From positions 1-58,953 of the IMG/VR virus record IMGVR_UViG_3300009788_000015: DNA of 58,953 nucleotides; one strand, 5' to 3'. Numbering within the stretch: position 1 is the stretch's first letter; the number at the start of each line of letters is the position of its first letter. The position numbers and the translations under genes are program-made. The stretch comes from a virus. Lineage: Duplodnaviria; Caudoviricetes. Of this stretch, positions 53,278 to 58,953 are shown piece after piece. The notes below the pieces were generated by a model that saw only the letters and a program-made list of their open reading frames with translations, was not told where the DNA came from and searched no databases.

Positions 53278-56079
53278 TTACCCCGCCAGGTCCAGGACCT
53301 GCTTTGCCTTGTCGCTGTTCGCCCCGAACTCCACGATGATGTCCTCCGTCACCTCGCCGCTCTTGACCACCTGGCGCACCATCTCGGTCGGGTCGGCCAC
53401 GATCGCAACGTTGACGTTCACGACGGGCGCCGGCTGCCGCACGTCGGCCGCGTTCGGCACGATGGTCCCCGTGCGGTTCGGCACGAAGAGCTCCTGCCCA
53501 CCCTCGTTCACCGGCAGCGGGGCCTGGCCCGGCTGCACCGTCTTGCCGAACTGCGCGCCGGCGTTGATGCCCCCGCCCAGGAGTCCGCCGACGCCGCCGG
53601 TCGCGGCCGACAGCGCCTGGACGATCAGCAGCCGGGCGATGATGCGGATCAGGTCGTCTAGGACCGCGGTCGCGAACTGATTGAACTCGAACTTGCCGGT
53701 CTTCGCGAACTCGACGATCGCGTCCGTCGCGCGGTCCGCGAACACGTTCACGACCTTCTCGCCGACCGCCGCGAAGTCCTCGGCCTCGATGGCGATCTTC
53801 GCGAACGCCCTGGTGAACCCGTCGCCGAGCTCGGTGGACGCCTGGAGCTGGCGGAGCCGCAGATCCTCCAGCGCAACGCCGATCTCGTCGGTGAGCGCCG
53901 GCTGCTGCCTCCGCAGTTCCAGGAGGTCCGCCTCCTGCTGGAGGAGCTGGGCGGTCACGTCGAGCTGCCTGCCCAGGCCCTCCACCCTGGCCTGCATCGC
54001 GGCCGCCTCGTTGAGCCGCCGCTGCCCGTCGAGTTTCTTCTCCAGGGCCACCAACTCGGCCTCGTCCAGCACGACACCCTGAGCCTTCAGTCGGTTCGCG
54101 ACGATGAGGGCGTCGCGCCTCGCGCCGTCGATCGTCGTGGCCCGGATCAGGAGTTCGTTCTCGCGCGCCTGAAGGCCCTCGTTGAGCTTCTTGACGGCCT
54201 GGCGCCTGCGGGCCGCCTGGGTCGCCTCCTCTTCTTGGGCGGTGAGGACCAGGAGTTGCGCCTTCTCAAAGAGGGTGAGCTCGCGCCCCTTCTCCTCGAT
54301 GGCAAGCTTCGCCCTCGCGAAGCTAAGGAGCCTGCCCTCCAGGCCGGCCGTCGCCTGCAGGGCCCTGTTGCGCTTCTCGATCGACACGACCTGCTGCGCG
54401 AACGGGTCCTCTGCCACCGCCTTCTTGGGCCTCGCGGCCTCAACCTCGGCGTTGAACTTCTCTTGGCTGATCTTCCCCCGGTCGAGCAACTCGTTCAGGT
54501 CTGCCTGCAGTTGGTTGAACTCCTTCTGGGGCGCTTTCAATCTCGCTAGGAGGTCTGCCTGGCGTTTGGTCGCTGCAGCGAGTTCGAGCTTTACGGCCGC
54601 GGCTGCTGCCGTAGCTCGTTCAACTTCCTTAGTTGCCACGACGTCTTTGCGCAACTTGCCGGTAATCGCGTCCAAAGTTGCCTCAAGCTTGGCGAGCTGA
54701 GCGAGCTGGGAGTCGCTCGCGCCAAAGCCTCTATCCTTCTGCAGGGCAAGGGCATCGTTGATCGCCTTGATCTCACGCTTCACGGCTTGGATCGCCGTGC
54801 CCGCCACGTTGAAGCTCCTGTCCAGCTCGTTCTCCTTGACGTTGCGGTTGAGGTCCTCCACGAGGCCATTGAGCTCCTTGTAAACTCGCACGACCTGCGT
54901 GATCGCCACCACACTGATTGCCAGTGCCGCGCTGAACTTGAGCTGCTGGATTGCGGCCGCCTTCGTCGCCACGGCGAGCTTTTCTGTCGCGAACCTCGCC
55001 GCCACCGCGCCGACGACGTACTTCGTCACCAAGATCGTTCCAAGGGACCCGACCACGATCGCCACCAACTCCAGGTTGTTGCCGAGCAGGGTGATTCCGC
55101 TGGCGAGTGTGGAGGACGCGCCCGTGGAGTCGTTGAACTTGCCGACCAGCACCGTCGCGTTGTTCCCCAGCACCGTGAACGACTGGCCGATCGTCGTTGA
55201 CGTCCTCTCGAACTGCGCGGCGGTCTCGACCGAGCCCTCCAAGAAGCCCTTGAAGAACTCCTTGGACGTGACCTCGCCCTTGATGATGAGCCCGCGCAGC
55301 TTGCTGACCGACCCTCCGGTCCGCTCGATCCCCCTGGCCGCGGCCTGCGCAATGGGGAAGGCGCCCTCCAGGATCGAGTTGAACTCCTCGGCGCGGACGA
55401 TGCCGGAGCCCAGGGCCTGCGAGAGCTGCAGGAGCGCGCCCGATGAGCTCGCCGCGGACGAGCCCTGCACCGCGAGCGCCTTGCCCACGCGCTCGGTGAA
55501 CAGCAGCAGTTCCGCCTGCGAGGCACCGAGCTCGTCCGCCGCGAGCGAGCCGCGCTGGTAGAGCTGCACGACGCTCCCGATCCCGGTCCTCGTCAGGTTG
55601 GCGATCCTGACCAGGTCGGTGAAGGTGTCGTTGAGCTCATCCTGGTCGGGGATAATCGTGCGCAGCCTGTTCTGCAGGATCTGGAACTCGTCGGAGAGCC
55701 TGACGACCTGCCGGATGACGAGCGCGATGCCGATGCCGGCGAACACGCGCCGAAGGGTGCTCCCCAGGACGCTCGCCTTCTTCTTCGACGCATCCAGTCC
55801 GTCGTTGAACTTCTTGATGCGCAGGTTGTCGATCCCGTCGTCGATCGTGCGCAGGCGCCCCGCCGCGATCTCGGCCTGGAGCTCGGTCCGCTCCAGGGTG
55901 TTGTTGATCCGCTGGAGCGCCGCGGTGGTGCCCCGGTCGCGGATCGACAGCGCGTCGGTCAGGGCCCTCTTGAGCTGGAGGGCCTCCTTCTCGGTCTTGT
56001 CCAGCGCGCGGTCGACCTTCTTCTGCTCGCCGACCGCCTTCCGCGGGTCTATGACCACGTCGATGCGAAAAGTTACTAT
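53278..56079 (-). CDS. Tape measure protein (start probably ATA 56079, alternatively GTG 56058)
   Basis: LLQLSQALGSGIVRAEEFNSILE tape-measure motif, long helical repeats, NEGGQELFVP C-terminus. Confidence 0.9.
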   Translation of the reverse strand: MVTFRIDVVIDPRKAVGEQKKVDRALDKTEKEALQLKRALTDALSIRDRGTTAALQRINNTLERTELQAEIAAGRLRTIDDGIDNLRIKKFNDGLDASKKKASVLGSTLRRVFAGIGIALVIRQVVRLSDEFQILQNRLRTIIPDQDELNDTFTDLVRIANLTRTGIGSVVQLYQRGSLAADELGASQAELLLFTERVGKALAVQGSSAASSSGALLQLSQALGSGIVRAEEFNSILEGAFPIAQAAARGIERTGGSVSKLRGLIIKGEVTSKEFFKGFLEGSVETAAQFERTSTTIGQSFTVLGNNATVLVGKFNDSTGASSTLASGITLLGNNLELVAIVVGSLGTILVTKYVVGAVAARFATEKLAVATKAAAIQQLKFSAALAISVVAITQVVRVYKELNGLVEDLNRNVKENELDRSFNVAGTAIQAVKREIKAINDALALQKDRGFGASDSQLAQLAKLEATLDAITGKLRKDVVATKEVERATAAAAAVKLELAAATKRQADLLARLKAPQKEFNQLQADLNELLDRGKISQEKFNAEVEAARPKKAVAEDPFAQQVVSIEKRNRALQATAGLEGRLLSFARAKLAIEEKGRELTLFEKAQLLVLTAQEEEATQAARRRQAVKKLNEGLQARENELLIRATTIDGARRDALIVANRLKAQGVVLDEAELVALEKKLDGQRRLNEAAAMQARVEGLGRQLDVTAQLLQQEADLLELRRQQPALTDEIGVALEDLRLRQLQASTELGDGFTRAFAKIAIEAEDFAAVGEKVVNVFADRATDAIVEFAKTGKFEFNQFATAVLDDLIRIIARLLIVQALSAATGGVGGLLGGGINAGAQFGKTVQPGQAPLPVNEGGQELFVPNRTGTIVPNAADVRQPAPVVNVNVAIVADPTEMVRQVVKSGEVTEDIIVEFGANSDKAKQVLDLAG

Positions 56080-56116
56080 TTTACCACCCCCCGAAACGAC
56101 GTGGTAGGATGCCGCC

Positions 56117-56737
56117 GTGGCAATCGTCTACTTGGTCAGCAATGAGGTCACGGGGCTGCACTACGTGGGCTGCACGACCAAGTCCCTGCGGACGCGCTGG
56201 ACGGAGCATGCTTGTGAAGCGAAGTCGAAGCGCACTAGCAGCCCACTGCATGCGGCCATCCGCGAACACGGCGTTGGCGCCTTTCGAATGCGTGTCCTGC
56301 ACCGGGGGGGTCTTAGAGCCATGGCGAAGCTCGAGGCCGCGTGCGTCGAACGCTTGGGGACCACGCACCCGAACGGTTACAACCTGACCACGGGCGGGGC
56401 CGAAGGAGTGCGCTACGTCGAGGAGTCCCGCCGCCGGATGTCGAAGTCGGCCGAGACGCGCGCGTCCAAAGAAGACAGAACGACGCAGCTCGCCGAGGCC
56501 TCTCGAAAACGCTGGCGGCGCCTCCAAACCAAGGAGGCGAGGCGCGTGTCGCTGCCCACCACCGCCGCGCGGAAGGACGCGGCCCGGAGGCGCAGAGACG
56601 TCGTCCTCACCGCTGATGACGTCTCCGTCATCCGCGCTGATTACACGCGCGGTGCGGTCTCCCAACGCACCCTCGCAGAACGATACGACGTATCCCAAGG
56701 AACCATCTCGAACGTCGTGCTGTTCAAGCACTGGTAA
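56117..56737 (+). mobile_element. Free-standing GIY-YIG homing endonuclease with C-terminal HTH, antisense to the tail operon
   Basis: IVYLVSN...HYVGCT...RWTEH...E...GYN motifs; TAGGAT -10 lies 6 nt before GTG. Confidence 0.85.
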
Positions 56738-56740
56738 CAC

Positions 56741-57193
56741 CTACCCTCGCCTCCTGGCTGCTGCCTGCCTTCGCTTTTGTAGTCCCGACACCGCGTCGGC
56801 TTTGCCCTTCTTCACGTCGCGCCTAGCCCGCCGCTCCTCCCTCTTGGTTTCCTTGTCCTGCTCCGAGCGGAGGTGGTCCCGGTAGTGCCCGTCGAGCACC
56901 AAGATCACCATCGCGAAGTAGTTGCACGTCCCCCTGGGGAGCCCGTGCTTGTGCCCGTAGTCCCACGCCTTGCTCCACGGGATCGGGCCGATCCCGTTTC
57001 CAGGGAAGGAGCGCTCCGTGCTCAAGCAGGAGAACGCCAACAGGTAGAAGTCGTCTCCCCTCCGGACCGGCGGCCGCTTGACGTACCACTCGGGGAGACG
57101 TCCACGAGTGCTGCGCTGGTACTGGCCGGACTCGATCGCCCACCCGTCTCGGGCCCAGCGCTCGCTCCAGAACAGCCGCCACTTCAGTTTCCC
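56741..57193 (-). CDS. Tail assembly chaperone T segment (GT fusion via -1 frameshift)
   Basis: -1 frame after GGGAAAC reads GKLKWRLFW...LSTER...GPIPWS. Confidence 0.75.
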   Translation of the reverse strand, partial: GKLKWRLFWSERWARDGWAIESGQYQRSTRGRLPEWYVKRPPVRRGDDFYLLAFSCLSTERSFPGNGIGPIPWSKAWDYGHKHGLPRGTCNYFAMVILVLDGHYRDHLRSEQDKETKREERRARRDVKKGKADAVSGLQKRRQAAARRRG

Positions 57194-57678
57194 GCTACGA
57201 CACCCGCGTTCGGCTGACGCTGCTCGTCCAGGTCCTCCGGGCTCAGGAACCTCTCCGGGCGCATGCAGAACAGCCGCAACTTGTCGAAGATCCAGCGCGG
57301 CAGCGCCTTGACGAGCGCGCGGCGGTTCTCCGCGGTGTCCGGGACCTCCTTGCCGGTCTTCTTGTTCAGGACGCCGCCCATGCCCACCACCACGTACTTC
57401 GGGTAGAGGACCCGGTCTTCCTTGCGGTCCTCGTCCGCGTCCTCGTTGGTGAGCCTTCCGGCCAGCGCAATCGCCTGCTGGCGATTGCCGCTCATGCGGA
57501 GCGACGCGGCCTGGTAGTCCTCGTTCTCCGGCATCGCGGTCCGCACCGTCAGGTACGCCCCGGGCGAGACCCAGGGCATGTCGAAGCGCGCGGTCGCTTC
57601 GCTGATCTCGAGGTGCGAGAAGTCCGGCGTCCACACGTTGTTGGTCGCCTCCTGCGGAGGCGGTGTTGCCGTAGTCAT
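57184..57678 (-). CDS. Tail assembly chaperone G
   Basis: Between major tail protein and TMP; ends G GGA AAC TGA. Confidence 0.8.
   Translation of the reverse strand: MTTATPPPQEATNNVWTPDFSHLEISEATARFDMPWVSPGAYLTVRTAMPENEDYQAASLRMSGNRQQAIALAGRLTNEDADEDRKEDRVLYPKYVVVGMGGVLNKKTGKEVPDTAENRRALVKALPRWIFDKLRLFCMRPERFLSPEDLDEQRQPNAGVVAGN
57187..57193 (-). other. Programmed -1 frameshift slippery site GGGAAAC
   Basis: X XXY YYZ heptamer directly before the G stop; open -1 frame downstream. Confidence 0.8.
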
Positions 57679-57720
57679 GTCGGTCGTCCTCTTGAAGTCT
57701 CTTCTTGCCCGCTACGGGCG

Positions 57721-58830
57721 CTAGGCTGCCAGCACGCCGGGCACGGCCGGGAACAGCGAGATCCCGATGTCGTAGCCGAACGTGGCGGACGTGAAGGACG
57801 AGCCGGTGACGTTGACGAGCACCGACTGGTCCACGGGGAACTCGCGGCCACCCCCGCCCAGCGTCAGCTCGGGCATGTCGAGGGCGATCGCCCCGTCCTC
57901 GTTGGAGAGGATGGCGGCGAAGGTCACGGTCGTGTTGTTCTTAATCGCGTTGATGATGCTCTTGTTGGTGAACAGCATCTGCCCCTCAAGGTTGACCTCG
58001 AAGAGGCCCGCGTTCACGAACACCGCGCCCCGGGTGCCGAGGCACTTCTCGGGCGAGACGTTGTTCAGGAAGTTTATCGTGAGCGACTTGAAGCACACGT
58101 CGGAGATCAGGGAGATCACGTCGGTCGTGATGCTGATGATGTCCGAGCTGGTGTTGAACGCGGTCTTCTTCAGCGGCGCGACGGCGGTCGCGGCGCCCGT
58201 CTTCCTGCTCGCCGTGATGTCGTCGCTGTTCGTCCCAATGAAGTTCATGCCCATCGTCGACTTGTCGGTCAGCGGCAGGTTGAACGCCATCTCGTTGACG
58301 AAGTTGCCGATCGCGTACTCGAACTCGTCGACGCCGGCGCCGCCCAGGTCGGGATAGCTCACCTCAAACTGGTAGGAGCGCTCGAGGAACCGGGCGTCGT
58401 CCGCGTCGGCCGTCACCACCACGTTGCGCAGGAACCGGCCGTACATCACGTCGATGGTCTCGGGCGTGTGCGGCCCAGCGGTGCCGAGGGTCACGTCCAG
58501 CTTGTCGAGCGTCAGGGTGGTCGCGTCGAGCGCGCTGACCCTAGCGAAGCCGAAGACGTCGTCGGTGCCGGCGTCGTCGTAGGCGTTCTGCACGTCGCCG
58601 CTGGCGTCCGGGCTGCCGATGTGGATGTACTGACCGACCAGGATGCCGACCGTCGTCCAGTCGACGTCGGCCGCGGAGACCAGGGTCGCCGTCGAGCCGG
58701 TGATCGTCAGGGTCAGGTCGTCGGTGCGGATGCCAGCGACCTCCAGCGTGGCGTTGGTGGGTGGGGTCTCGTCCACCAGGACGGTGGTGACGTCGACGCT
58801 GGTGTCCGTCGAGGCCACGTCTGCCGCGAG
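57721..58830 (-). CDS. Major tail (tube) protein, C-terminal part
   Basis: Open frame reaching the contig end. Tail-tube-like sequence (GRFLRN...SYQFE...NNVSPEKCLG) immediately upstream of the tail chaperone. Confidence 0.85.
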   Translation of the reverse strand, partial: LAADVASTDTSVDVTTVLVDETPPTNATLEVAGIRTDDLTLTITGSTATLVSAADVDWTTVGILVGQYIHIGSPDASGDVQNAYDDAGTDDVFGFARVSALDATTLTLDKLDVTLGTAGPHTPETIDVMYGRFLRNVVVTADADDARFLERSYQFEVSYPDLGGAGVDEFEYAIGNFVNEMAFNLPLTDKSTMGMNFIGTNSDDITASRKTGAATAVAPLKKTAFNTSSDIISITTDVISLISDVCFKSLTINFLNNVSPEKCLGTRGAVFVNAGLFEVNLEGQMLFTNKSIINAIKNNTTVTFAAILSNEDGAIALDMPELTLGGGGREFPVDQSVLVNVTGSSFTSATFGYDIGISLFPAVPGVLAA

Positions 58831-58953
58831 AACGTGCAGCCCGTTGTTGATCGCGCTGGTGTAGCCCTTCGACCACAGCAGCGTCTGCAGCGTCAGGGCG
58901 CCGAACTGAACCTTGCCGGCGAGCAGCGCCGACGCGGAGTCGATCGTGAACAC
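58831..58953. repeat. Terminal direct repeat, right copy
   Basis: Identical to 1-123 (aacgtgcagc...gatcgtgaacac). Confidence 0.97.

Noticed and set aside
56081-56740. Group I intron around the GIY-YIG gene
   Set aside because: Almost no non-coding flank is available for the P3-P9 core and the ORF is antisense to the operon; treated as a free-standing endonuclease

Overview
This window is an apparently complete, circularly permuted genome (58,830 bp plus a 123-bp terminal overlap, 1-123 = 58831-58953) of a GC-rich tailed dsDNA phage, most likely a siphovirus. The minus strand carries a YuA/M6/phiJL001-style morphogenesis operon: ParB-methylase, TerS, TerL, portal, gp7-like protein, scaffold, major capsid, neck proteins, a major tail protein that wraps across the contig end, G/GT chaperones with a GGGAAAC -1 frameshift, tape measure, tail-tip proteins and a holin-like gene. 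The plus strand carries a replication module: SNF2 helicase, DUF2800 nuclease, DUF2815 SSB, a frameshifted C5 methyltransferase and a family A DNA polymerase. A divergent primase-helicase is followed by an iteron array and a RusA-HTH fusion. About 10 kb of small hypothetical genes sit under repeated TTGGCT-type promoters. I saw no integrase, tRNA, CRISPR array or recognisable endolysin. The most interesting signals are (1) a shared acidic-hydrophobic C-terminal tag ([ED][ED][LIV]L[GSA]) on about 10 unrelated non-virion proteins, (2) a GIY-YIG endonuclease inserted at the tape-measure start, leaving an ATA start and an antisense bridging ORF, (3) a dual-coding methyltransferase locus scrambled by one deletion, (4) promoter/terminator-bounded small-RNA cassettes, (5) a structured capsid leader with three CGUAGG motifs, and (6) no canonical endolysin, alongside a 695-aa unknown protein and a lipoprotein pair. 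All functional calls come from reading motifs and synteny by eye. No database searches were run.
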